From assembly GCA_002081575.1 (NCBI GenBank), contig JNBS01000043.1, forward strand, positions 1-52,624: a stretch of DNA of 52,624 bases. The letters run 5' to 3'. How positions within the stretch are numbered: position 1 is the stretch's first letter; each line of letters begins with the position of its first letter. Source of the DNA: Thraustotheca clavata (lineage: Eukaryota). The notes beneath the pieces are model-generated. The model had not been told where the DNA came from. It was given only the letters and a program-made list of their open reading frames with translations, and ran no database searches. The translations under genes were made by a program, and so were the position numbers. Below, piece by piece: positions 25,781 through 37,899 of this stretch.

Positions 25781-26284
25781 TTTTATAAGCTTATTTTCAA
25801 TCATGTTACGATGAATTGGTACCATGATTTACTAAACATAGCTTCTTCCTACAGAGACGTGAAATTGGGTTCTTTAGGAGGAGGATTAGGTAGCATTTCA
25901 TGATGACTCAACGAATTAAGAATACCCAACATAAACACCAAAATAAACATTGCATTTAGAATTTCATGATAAATGAAGTCTATTCAACACAAAGGACAAC
26001 ATGTTTGATTATTTAGTAGTTTTCATATGGCACCTAAAATCATACTAACGTTAACTCAAAAAGTAGGCGGGACCAAAGTTACTACTCCTTGGCTTTCATT
26101 GTATGCAATGTTTGAATCAATATTCTACTGTTGTTAAAGTCTCTAATACATCAAGCTATTGCATTACACCACTGTTTTACTTTATAGTAAATTTGAGCTT
26201 CTTTACACTCAAATGTATGCTACCAAAAGTACTGTATTGGTAATAGACAATTTTTGGATAGTTCGTGTTATTAATGTTAAACTT

Positions 26285-28369
26285 TTATTTATTGTTTTGT
26301 CGGAAATAGTATTTGATAGTTGATGCTTTAGGACTTTGTAAGCATGCATCCACGTGTGCATTTATTAATTGTGTGCTTGTGTTTTCTAGTGTTTTGTTGC
26401 AGATTGGACAAATGGCTTGGGTTGGTACTGAATTGTCATTTTTTAAATGGGATGGTTTAGTTTCATCGGGGACACATATTTCCAAGTGTTGCGATATCCA
26501 AGATTGACTACGAGATTCAAATGATTGAGAGCAAACAGGACACAAATTTTCAGATATTTTTTGTCTTTTTGATTGCAATTCGGAATCACCATTTCGTCGC
26601 TTGTTGGCTTTCTCACATGCAATGATATGACTTTTAATCCAAGGAAGCCCAATACCATGGAATTGGACTTGACATACTGGACATTCCACTGCTTTGCCTT
26701 CTTCTTCTTTGGGTTCATTATTTAAACATTCATTGATATGTCGATTAAGTTTGCTTTTTGCCATCACTTGTTGACACACAGGACATTCACCATCTTTATC
26801 TTGTTGAAATAACTTGGTCTCTTCAAGACGAAGTTGGTTTGATGTACTGGTTGTCATTTCAGATCGATCAACTAATTTTGAAATACGAACACCCATCAAT
26901 CGATATCGAGGAGGTTCTTTATGAACTTTTTGATCATGATGTACTTCACGCTCCAAAAGCATTGTAGCAATATCAAGCAAGTTGGGCTCAACACTTGCTT
27001 TAGAAGTAAATGCTCTTGTTCTTACGCTAAATGCTTCAGTTTTTAGTTTAAAAGTCACACACATCCCAGTGACTTGTTCCTACTAAAGTTAATATCAAAC
27101 TTTGACACTATGATATTTACCTCAATTAAGTCTTTTTTGACATGTTCGACAATTTGTTTGCATTTATTTTTCAATTCTTCTAGAGAAGATGTTGCTTTAA
27201 ACGTACTTTCACGGCTAAGATATTTTAGTAAAAGCAAATGCACACAATTATACCTGACACTTTTTCGTTCATCATGACTCGAACCGCCTTCATAGACACC
27301 CATAGATATTTCAAGCAACCAACGTGCAGTAATATCCGAGTAAACGTGAAAAAGGTCATATCGAGCATTAAAAAGCTCAAGGCCATTTGTGATACCCAAT
27401 GCAGCAAGAACCTTTTCTCTAACCTAAATCTTCTTGAGACTTAATGATGCAATAAGGCAACCTTGCCAATACCACCAAGCTTTCGAATTGGCAAGTTTTC
27501 AATGAATTTGACAATTGATTCACGATTAAATGGTAGAACGTATTGACCATTAGGTTTGTTAATGTCGGAGCATACCTAAGTACCCTTAGCGATAGTAAAT
27601 ATTTATCGACTTTTACTTTAGCCAATTTGGCATTACTTGAAATTCCAGCACTTGCTGTCAGTTTTGTTGCTTCAAATATGCGCTGTCGAAGCTCTGAAGT
27701 AATTGCTGCAGCTACGTCTTCCCGGCTTGCATCATCTGCACCACCTAATTTCAATCAGATAGCTTGTATGAATGAACTAATACCTCGTGCAGTACAAACA
27801 TCAGTGATATCAAGATATGCTTCATCCATACTTGCAGCTGTAAAGTTAGGGTCATAATCAGCAAATATCTGACGAGTTTGTTCAGCCACAGCAGCATATT
27901 TTGCCATATTTGGCTTTACAAATACCAAATCGGGACATAATTTTTTACCAATAAAACCTGGCATTGCTGCTCGAACCCCATGTTTTCGAGCTTCATAATT
28001 AGCGGTACTGATCATTCCCATCCCACCAACGGCCATGGGAACTTTGGCAAGTTCTGGACGATCTCGCATTTCAACAGCAGCAAAAAACATATCCATATCG
28101 ACCACAACGTAAATCCGATCAAATCTGCGTTTAGCTTCATATTCACTCACAAGATTATCAACGTTTTCTGTTAAATCATGTTTCCGTTTGGTCAAAAGCT
28201 GGGCCTTCATGGCAGCTATTTTTGCATCAGTCTTGGCATCTTTTTCAAGCGTATTTTTGAAAAATGCTGAGTCTTTAGATAAATTATATATTGTTTCGTT
28301 CACTTTCGTACGATCAATATTATCCATGCCCGCCTTGGGATTTGAAAAGACAAAGAGATGGTCGGTCAT
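26285..28369 (-). CDS. POLK: DNA polymerase kappa (Y-family, DinB-like), multi-exon
   Basis: KAGM N-clasp, VVVDMDMFFAAVE, STANYEARKHGVRAAMPGFIGKKLCP, SMDEAYLD, little-finger RLMGVR, C-terminal CCHC fingers and a PIP-like TIKYYF. Confidence 0.95.
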
Positions 28370-28429
28370 TTGATACAAATTGCATACTGAGACCAATAAG
28401 ACACTTTGTCCATTTTGGAGGGAAACTCA

Positions 28430-28526
28430 ATTGGATTAAATACGAACGAAAGAAATTGATTGGTTATAATTTGGTATATTCAAGAATCTGATTTGATAAA
28501 TATCAAAGGTCACGATGATTGATTGG
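28430..28526 (-). promoter_or_regulatory. Cluster of three CCAAT boxes upstream of Pol kappa
   Basis: ATTGG on the + strand at 28430, 28459 and 28522, 60-160 nt upstream of the ATG. Similar ATTGG/CCAAT sites precede the EFHC, 14-3-3, TFIIE-beta and 4916 genes. Confidence 0.5.
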
Positions 28527-29460
28527 CTCATTTGAAATGATTGTTTTCTATTTAATGATGGTAGTGTTGTTGGGATAGGAGGTACTGTATGTGAGAATGT
28601 ATTCTCAAAAGCAATGAAATTAATTGAAACCAGTAGTTCTGATTTGAATTTCAACAGATTCTGGTTAAGTATATTATCCTCTAAATATTGTATTTATTAC
28701 AAAAAACTATGATAAACCAAGTTTTTTGTATCACCCTGCTCTTTTGATGTTAATTTGACTAGCTTGGATATAAATTTTCAATTCAATGCAGTCAGAATAG
28801 ACATCATTCACTCCAAATAATTTGTCGTTGTTGACGAGATTGAAAATTTTCTTGTTCATTTTTGCAAATTCAAAAATAGTATTGCAAGTCAAACAAATAA
28901 AGGTCGACAACGAGTTTACTTCTTGTTTGCTAGACAACTGCCATTGACAAATTTTAGGAAGGAGCCTCGTTAGGATGATTTAACAACCTTTCATTATGTT
29001 TGTATTGTTAGTTGTTGAATAGATTCGTTCAAGAAAAATAAGCTTGCAAATCTCAATTTGTGTATCTTGTTGATATAAAGATCTGTATTTTGTTCCAATG
29101 TCACCGCGAATGTATTTTTCGTAAATCGCACTACACACAATGGAATACTTATTTATGTAAACCGATTGCCAATTCATTGTAGATTCACCAAGTTCATTAA
29201 CTTTGGCAAACATTTGATATATTATTGTGTTTTATTGTTTACCAGTGCCCAAAGAACAACTTAGGTTTGGCTACAGTGCAAGGATGAGCATCAAACTTCT
29301 AGTCGGTGAGTCGTTTGATAAAATCCTCGTTCGCAACAAACTTTTGGCGTAAGGTTGTTATGATAAATAATGAGCAAAAGTTAACTTCATATCTGCACTA
29401 TCTTTCACCACATATCGCTTTATTAGTAAATGCTTCATATATACATCCATCCATCTTTAC

Positions 29461-30036
29461 CAGGGGTGGTAATATAGGTCGTTTTTACTAAATATCACTA
29501 AATAAGCAAAATTAAATACCCAAGTATCACTCTTAAATGGCTCGTTCCAAGGGCAGAAAATAGCAATAAAAGGTAGTCCCAAGAGCATTGTTTGCTATTG
29601 GGGCTTGCAATAACAACAATAGATCTAATTTAAAGCCATTTGACAGCGTTTTGTTGTCAATTCTGTCAATTTTTGGACAAGAGCAACCCGACTGTTGTAA
29701 AAGACTAAAGAAGACTGGAAATGTCAAGGATTTTAGCAACTTTAGTATGCAATGCTACTGGCAGCATCCGTAAAAACAAAAGCAGTAGCATATCGGTAAC
29801 AGATACAGCAAGAGTTGGAACGGGTTCAGGAGACAAGTATTTTATTTGTGTTTGGCTTTGCATAAACAGGGAATAGTCAATATACATCGATATCAGCTAT
29901 TCAATCCTACTAACTTATGCGTAAATGCTGCTAAACTTTAGTGAACACTAAAAAAATCCACTAAATAGCTTTTTCGGCGAGCACTAAATAAGCTATTTAA
30001 GGCACATAGTGTCCGAGCACTATTTTACCACCCCTG
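29461..30036. mobile_element. Non-autonomous hAT-type DNA transposon (MITE or deletion derivative), 576 bp
   Basis: TIRs CAGGGGTGGTAATATAG (29461-29477) and its reverse complement CTATTTTACCACCCCTG (30020-30036) match 16/17. Flanks ATCTTTAC and ATCATTAC match 7/8 (8-bp TSD). Subterminal CACTAAATA(A)GC repeats at 29496, 29959 and 29982. Confidence 0.85.
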
Positions 30037-30261
30037 ATCATTACCCCTCACAACAATATCATCTATGTATATAAACTATCGGATACTTATCGAATGATGT
30101 TATTGTCAGGTATGAAAAGTGTATAAATCGTCTCACATATACTGCATTGATAAATTCGTTTTTACATATTCCAAGATCAGTATCCACCATTTTCATAAAT
30201 ATATATGCGTTCAAAATCATTCAGGACGTTAATTACATTCTCTCGTCCATTTTTAAAGAAG

Positions 30262-31620
30262 ATGCGCGAAGTGTACATCGAGTGTTTGAATGCCTGTCGT
30301 GGCGATCTGTTTAGAGTGAAAACTTCACCGGACGAGGAAGCAGTTAATCTGAAAGAATTGATTCAGAGCGAAAATTCTAACAAAATTCTCTATGTCGCTG
30401 GAGCCATCAAGTTGTACGCAGCCAAAAATGATGACGAATGGCTAAAACTTATAGACGACGAAATGGACGCATTGGAGGAGAGAAAAAAGCGACTGAAAGA
30501 ATTACAAGCTATGTCGTCACAAAGAATTTGATGAGGAACAATGGGATAATTACGACTTTCCTACAAGTAATATGACAGGATCTTTTGAAAATTGCCCATA
30601 ATATTCACGTTATTATCGTCCCAAGTGAACAAAACAGCGAGCCCAGTCCTGCGGATGCTTCTATACATGAAAATATTAGGGTTTTACAATCGTTCATGAT
30701 AAATTTACAAAGAGACTCGCGATTCCAAAATGAAGCAATCACAAATTTACAAATCGTGCAAGGTCAAAATGCTATCACAAATATACAAAAAAACCTTGCA
30801 ATATCAGCATGCAGCAATCAAAGATTTACAAACCAACTTGCAACTTACTAATAAAGCTATCGCAAATTTGGAAAGACTTATTAAAAATGACAAGACTGCA
30901 GATGACAGAAGCGAGACTGAAATTGGTTCGGTGGAGTTAGAGAGATTAAGAAGAGCCAAGTTGGTTCTTACACAAAGAATGATGATGAAGCCTTTTTGTC
31001 AATGAGTACTCGACAAATTGTGTACGAGATTGAGAAAGAGGCTGAAATCATGGCATTCATGACACCATATTTTGGTGCAATTTTATCCGAGTATGACATG
31101 GTATTTGTCAATAGCGAAAAATATCCTTGGCAATCAAGTACATCGGATAATTACGAGCTTATAACAGACGGGTTTGCAATTCATCGTGGAATGGTGTTTG
31201 AGCAAAATGCTTACGATGATGGTATTGATTGAAGTAATTATACTTATCGTTTTGGTGTGCCATACAAAGACCTTGTATTATCATGTTTGAATGCAAAAAA
31301 GAGTTTGGTCAAGTGATAAAATATTTTCAGCAATTACAATTGAACCTGTTAAGTATGCACTATTTACTTCGTCCTGTTGGAAAACCAATTTGTCGACCAA
31401 CAACATTTGATCAAGTCAAAGCACTATATTATTTATTGCGTGAACTCCACTTAAAGAATTTTGAGAATGGAGATCTTCGAGTATCAAAAGAGATTGAACA
31501 TGACGGAAAAGCTATTGTGGATTGGTTTATAGCTATTTTATCTGCCTTCAACTATCGCGCTTATAGTAAGTAGTTGATACACTAAAGCTCACCCGTTCGA
31601 TCCTCCTTGTAAATAGAGAC
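30262..31620 (+). pseudogene. Crinkler (CRN) effector-like pseudogene; 3' end approximate
   Basis: CRN-type header (IECL..GDLFRV..NLKELI..IKLYAAK...WL, similar to LxLYLAK; IHVIIVP similar to HVLVVVP). It is followed by a coiled coil, a REase-like DGF..FECK and a kinase-like GDLR remnant. Several frameshifts and stops. Confidence 0.75.
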
Positions 31621-32726
31621 TATAGCCTCAACTCGCTGATGATTCCCTTTGAGATTTACGCAAAAAACCTATCAGCACCTAATTTGGATATTCTTATCAC
31701 CGAGTTTGGTCTTTGAAGCAAGCTAATAAATCCAATTGAACGAAAATTTTCATTATTTTGTATTACAGATACAAATTAGTGCCCCTGGTCACAACGTCAA
31801 TTATTCGATTCAAGAGTTTGTGTTTTCATAGCGATAATTATAGAGAGATTGAAAGACACGATTTAATGTCATTGAAATGAATGCACTCGTTTTTTCTGTT
31901 TACGGGAAGATTATATGGACTTCAATTCCTCTATTGTAGATTCTTACAGGGCAAAACTAGCTAAAGAGAGCAGCTATAGTACAATAAACTATCGACCCAA
32001 GATCTTCATACTACATACAACAGATGGATATCTCACGACAAAGTGATACACAAAAACCTAAATTGTTATTTACTTGAACGACTGTCGATACATTGCAGAT
32101 TCACCAAGTTGGTATTTGTCTTGCCGATCATCTCGATACTCAAGCGACGGGTACGAGTGCCATTCACAGGCAACAATATTTGACAAAGATTAGATTGTTG
32201 TTATTCAACCCCAAATAACCAACAACAAGTTTACTTTGGCAAGGCCGAATTGTTTATTTACCATTTGTAGATATCGATCGGGATCAACCATCACATAAAT
32301 TACATACCTATGAAATAATATCAGAGCTATTTGACACAGTAGTACAATTTTGCTATGGTCCTTCATGTCATATCTGTTGCAAAACAAGCAATGAACTTAA
32401 TACTACAATTAACAAGAATCAGGCCTTGCAGATTCTATTGCTTTGGACATCGCTAAAAGTTGCTATCAAACGTACCAAAAAGAGAAAATTGGTATTTTTC
32501 AAATGCTCATTGATGAAATTTTTCTCAAGTCAACGTATGAGTATTCCTTACTCTACAATCAAATAGCATACCAATAAGCCTAAATAACTAGTTACTATTG
32601 CTTTTTTAGCAATAAAATAATATATACATCCTGCGCTAAATCATGCGCCAAATCAGTTGATAAAACTTTATCACATGTTTTCCACAACTAACCAAATTTA
32701 ATCTGTTTAAATATGGCGCAAGTCGT

Positions 32727-34471
32727 ATGTGCCGTCCAGGTCAATACCGTGAACAGCATTTGAACGATAAAAAGCGCAATGCTGAAGGCACTTGTGAGCT
32801 CAAGTTAACTCCATCTTTGCTCTATCTTCGTTCTCCCGACAAGCAGCGAGCAATTCCACTTCACGATATTCAAGATTTGCAAGTAAATTCATCCTCAGCA
32901 GCTCGTGTTCGATATCTCATGCGAATGCGTCTACGTCCATTGCCTCCTGTAGTCTACGTGTTTGAATTTACATGTGAAGATGACCTGGAGCTGTTCAAGA
33001 CCCAATTAAGCCAACGTTTGGTCAAAACTTCGACTCCTGCGATCAAACAAGAAGGTTTTTACACCTATTGATATAAAATTCACACTTTTTTCTATAGTAA
33101 TGTCAGAAACAGAGAGAAAACAGCGTGCAGCTCTACTTGCTGCCAATCCCAACACTCTTAAGCGCCAATACACAGATATGGTAACTCGTGGTTTAATTTC
33201 CGAGAGTGATTTTTGGAATTTAAATTGCCGTAAACAAATGCTCGTAAGTGAAGCAGAAAAAAGACAAAAAATTGGTAAAACTAGTGAAATTCTCACTGAT
33301 GTTCAAGGTCAAAATCAAACTGGTGAAAAAACTGAAGTGAAATACAATTTAAATCCTGAAATTATTCATCAAATTTTTGTGCAATATCCTGTCGTTTATA
33401 TGGCATATCAAGAACTTGTACCTGATCAAATTGATGGTATTGAATTTTGGACAAAATTTGTACAAAGTAAATATGCTCATCGTGATCGATTAAAACAACA
33501 ACAAAGTGGTGTCGAAGATTTGTTTACAAAATATGAAAAAAAATGGCAACAAGAACAAAAAATACAAAGCGTACAAGGAACTGTTGATCCATTGATTGAT
33601 TTAACAGCAACAGAAAATGATGATATTGTCTTATCAGTTGCTCAAAATGCAGCCAAAGTTATGATGACTGATACTAATATTGCCAAGTTTAATCGACATG
33701 CTGCTGATGTATTGAGTGCCGCTGCACCATCAATTAAGAAAAAAACAAAAAAAACAATGCAAACTAGTATTACTGAAGCAATTACAATTGAAGATTTAGA
33801 AGAACCAACGAGAGTACCATATATTCCATTGAATTTGGATAATACTTCACGGTATTTTGAACATAATGTACGTATGATATTCTAGTGTTGAAAATGTATA
33901 ATTTTTATATAGGAAAATACAGCTCAACATGGTAATCAAACTTATAAGATTGAACCTGCACAAAGAGCCTTTGAAAGAATGTTTATGGAACCTCCAAGTT
34001 TAAAATCTGCATTTCCACAAAGTAAATTTAATTTGAAAATGATCATTCTTAATATTGTAGGTTCGATATCGGCTATTACTAAGGAAATTCTTGCTAATTG
34101 TAACCAAGATCCAAGTAATGACAACAATACCAATATTCGATCTGAAAAACTTGCACAAGCAATCCCAGAGTAATCGAATGAGCAAAATTTATAAATTAAC
34201 TTTTTGTAGAAATCATAAGGAATCGTTAACAAAGCTATTTCATGATGTGAACGAACTACTTCGTCATTATTTTGGCTTTGAAAAGATGGTTGCAACGGAT
34301 GGTTCACCTGAAGCACGTCTTAAACTTGAAAGAATTAAAGCCAAAATGGGTGAAAAGTATGAAGAAGTTGCGGATAAACGTCAAAAGCTTCCTCCTGCTG
34401 AACGTACTTCCCTTGGTCCAATCTTTTATCATTTTACCGAACAGCTAAACACTGCTTTTGTTGAAGAATAA
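32727..34471 (+). CDS. GTF2H1: TFIIH subunit p62/Tfb1 (PH-like domain plus two BSD domains), multi-exon
   Basis: N-terminal PH-like region, BSD1 (LLAANP..YTDMV..LISESDFW), BSD2 (LNPEIIHQIFVQYP.V..AYQELVP..EFWTKFVQSKY), KFNRH and ELLRHYF. Confidence 0.88.
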
Positions 34472-34787
34472 ATTGGTCAATAAGCATATAAATGCAACCA
34501 TTACTTGTTTCTTAGATGCAGTCTTTCTACCCAAACAGTTTTCAACTATTTCAATCTAAAAACAAACTGTTCGTATATCATGCATGGGTTCTCTACTTGA
34601 TTTACCTTATATAATCATCTTTCTAGACGAGGAAATTCTGGTCAATATCCACAACGCAAGTAATTGCTATCTGATTTATACTATAGAATCTCATATTGGT
34701 ATTAGCTCCAATCTATATGGACAACCAGCTTATTCTTCAGAGTTGACAAAAAATTATCTTTATCAACTTAACAATACTAATAGGACT

Positions 34788-35781
34788 ATGTTTTCTGCTC
34801 CTGTTGCACAAACAAATGTAGAGAGTCGTGGACGAAGTTATGGTGGTGGCCAAAGCTCTTTTAATCCATTCACACATGAAGGACAAGGAAAATACCATAA
34901 TCCATACGAAAATGCACCACCACCAATAATGCAACAAGTAAATCAACCTACTAATTTTCATTCTTTGGGTTTAGGACAAAATCGGTAAGAAATCAATTTA
35001 CATTCTTTAATGATAATGCTATAGACGTCGCCAGGAAAACTCGACTTCATATGAAGTTATTTCAACTGATACAAATGTTTCTTATCAACAAGCACAAGGA
35101 AATGAAAATCAATATGAACCTTCTACTATGAAAACGAGTTATCCAAACAACCAAAATTCAATGCTGTACCCCCAATATCAACAATCCATAGTACAAGATC
35201 AACAACAATATAATATGAACTATGATGGGTATCAATCATTTCTAGTAAAGTAAGACTTATTTTATTAGATATACAAACAACTATTTGGGTAACAATGAGT
35301 ATCAGCAAATGGTATATCCTCATTGCTATTTTGTCATATTCACTTTAAATTAGTCTCGACCACCATCTTCACACTACAATTTCATTGTGAGTTGAAATGA
35401 ATTTAGCTTTAAAAATGACTTAATTACCAGGAAAGACCACTTTCTACCAGCAATTCAAATAATCTTGCAGTAATCTATTATCTCATTATGTATTAAGAAT
35501 GATTTCATATAGAGACCATTATCCAGTTCGAGTCGTAGTACACTTGGTTCAGCTGGAGCTACAATGGCAGCAAATACATTTGTACTTTTATATAGGAAAT
35601 AATGCTAAATTATAACTAGGACAAACAAGATAACAATGATCCAACCAGATCCATGAGAGGCAAATATGACAATAATGCAACAAATCCAACTCAAACATGG
35701 AGTGGAACTGGTAACTTTGGGCATTCAAGTACTCGAATTTCACGTCCTCCTGGTGGACACAGCCAAATAAGCTTTGGGTAA
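34788..35781 (+). CDS. SPIRAL1/HN1(Jupiter)-like low-complexity protein, multi-exon
   Basis: First exon contains GRSYGGGQSSF. The last exon, missed by the ORF track, reads GTGNFGHSSTRISRPPGGHSQISFG-TAA (35779-35781). Confidence 0.7.
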
Positions 35782-35941
35782 AGTTTAAATGATATTTTGT
35801 ATACAATAGCATATTTTCTATACAGCAGAAATGTTAATTGACAATGAATAAAGGATATTGTTTAATTGTTTATAATGATTCGAATCAAGCAGAAATTGTT
35901 AGCAGCTTGACATGAATTGTTGTAGACGATTCTGGAATAGT

Positions 35942-37353
35942 TTATTCTCGGTCAAATTTGACAGCACCAAGTGTAAATTCATTTGGATTGTCACCACCGT
36001 TGGCTAAAATCTTACCCAAGGCCGTATCACGCAAGTGAGTATTGGTAATTTTAATTTCACGTTGTTTTCGGACTCGAGGAGTTTTAACTTTATTCTTTAC
36101 AAACATCTTTCGTCGAGCACGATGAGCATCCACATTAGCTTGAGTTGAGAGTCCACTTTGAACTAATTTCACTTCCAATTGTGCTGGGTCCATTGGCCAA
36201 GAACTGTCTTTAGATTTTTTCCACAATTCACGAATGTCATTTGTACATCCATGCTTAACAATTGGGACAACACCAGAACCTTTACCAAGTTTTGGGGCTA
36301 CATCCCATTTTGTATGATGAATGTGTACTTGACGATGGTCTGGAAATGGCATATCAAGAGGGACGTGATGAGTATCAAATGGCAATATGTACTTGAGTTT
36401 AGACTTGCTTTCAATATTGAGATCAGCTATGGACGACACACTCTTGCTTTGTGTAGTTGCATTGATTGTTGTAAATGGTTGAGGAGGATTACCGATACCA
36501 GCCTAATATCACAATGAGTCAATGTAAATATTAAGAGTGATGCGATATATTTGAAATGCATATACACAATCATCTCTAAATACTGATAATGATATACATA
36601 TACTATGTAGAAATGCAAATTCAAATAGCATCTAACAATATTCACGATGAAAATGTATAAGAGAACCACACACTTTAAGCAACAAAATACCTTTTTATCA
36701 GCATTGGATACTCGAAACCAATGATCACCAACGCGAATACAATCACCACGACGTAATTCTTCTGTCGTATTGCAATCCACCGTAGTCATATAACTACCAT
36801 ATTCAACAGTAGCTTTGGCACATACTTCAGTTAAAAATGAAAATCGACGCGAGTAATAAACTTCAGCAGCATCTTGACTTTTAATACAAATAATTTGGCC
36901 GGATCTTGTTAATTCTGTTAAATCTTCTTGAATGCCAACATAGCAATCAAGTAATTCTGCAGCAGCAATGCCTTTGTCATTACTGTTAAGCTTTTTTACC
37001 AATTGATCTCTGTTTTTAACATCAAATTTTGCTTTGTATGCATAATCATTATCTACGACCCGAATTTTTTCATTATTTTGCATTTTGTCACGGATTTCTT
37101 CATCAACGTTGATGTCAATGCCTGTATTCATATAAATTTCTTGTTTTGAGGCTGCACGGTGGCCTGGAAGGCCATTCAAGAACTGGAGAACTCGGTTAAA
37201 ACGCGAATTGACTGCTTCTACGCTAAATTTTGAGTAAATTACCTAGTACACACTCGTACCTGTAGATGTAGAGGCCATTGAGCCCATTGGAAGCGTTGAA
37301 GAGGCCACAGGAAGCACATTTGTTTGACCACGAGCAAGTCTCTCCCACTGCAT
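35942..37353 (-). CDS. GTF2E2: TFIIE beta subunit-like protein (three exons) with a large insertion
   Basis: Winged-helix pattern VLQFL..NEKI..YAYKAKFDVKNRDQLVKKL..GI..ELLDCY, then DIRELW and the terminal KITNTH motif. Introns at 37218-37259 and 36503-36690. Confidence 0.78.
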
Positions 37354-37899
37354 ACAGTACTTAATGAAAAATGAAGTGTGATACGAAATTTGATGATGGG
37401 ATTGGATAAAATTCAATGTTTTCTACCAATAGATACGAGTAAAAATCTAATTTTTAAACCAATTGAAATCGAGAGATTAGTATCAAAATCTTATCAAGCT
37501 TGTTGATACATGAATTTGGTTAAATGACTATTGCTACTAAGTATTTTGATGATTTAATTGAATAATGTATGAAAAGCGTAGATTAAATATGGTGTTCTTT
37601 ATATTACAATTTAATTTAAAATAATATACAAGGATATATACGTATAGTTGGCTCTGTAATTGAGTCAAGGTAAACTTCACTATGGTGTGGAGTAATTTGG
37701 TGAAATAGTATATGCATTACGATTAGGTACTAATAATTGAAAGATTGATTTCGACTTGGATCGTTTTGATATGAAAGAATTTCTTTAAACGAGGCAGGAT
37801 ATAAAATGGGATGTTAGTCTGGAGGTGTCAATTCATGAATGTAGCAATCGAATTCAGATTTGCTTTTGCTTCTCTTCTATCAAGCTTCTTACGAACAAC

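Noticed and set aside
28560..29450. Short ORFs left of the hAT element
   Set aside because: Possibly decayed coding sequence, but no family motif could be identified.
31650..32450. Coding-like stretch and CCCCTG/CAGGG hexamers after the first Crinkler relic
   Set aside because: No matching TIR pair, TSD or protein motif was found.
35876..35888. TGATTCGAATCA resembling a tRNA T-loop
   Set aside because: It is a short palindrome only, with no cloverleaf stems around it.
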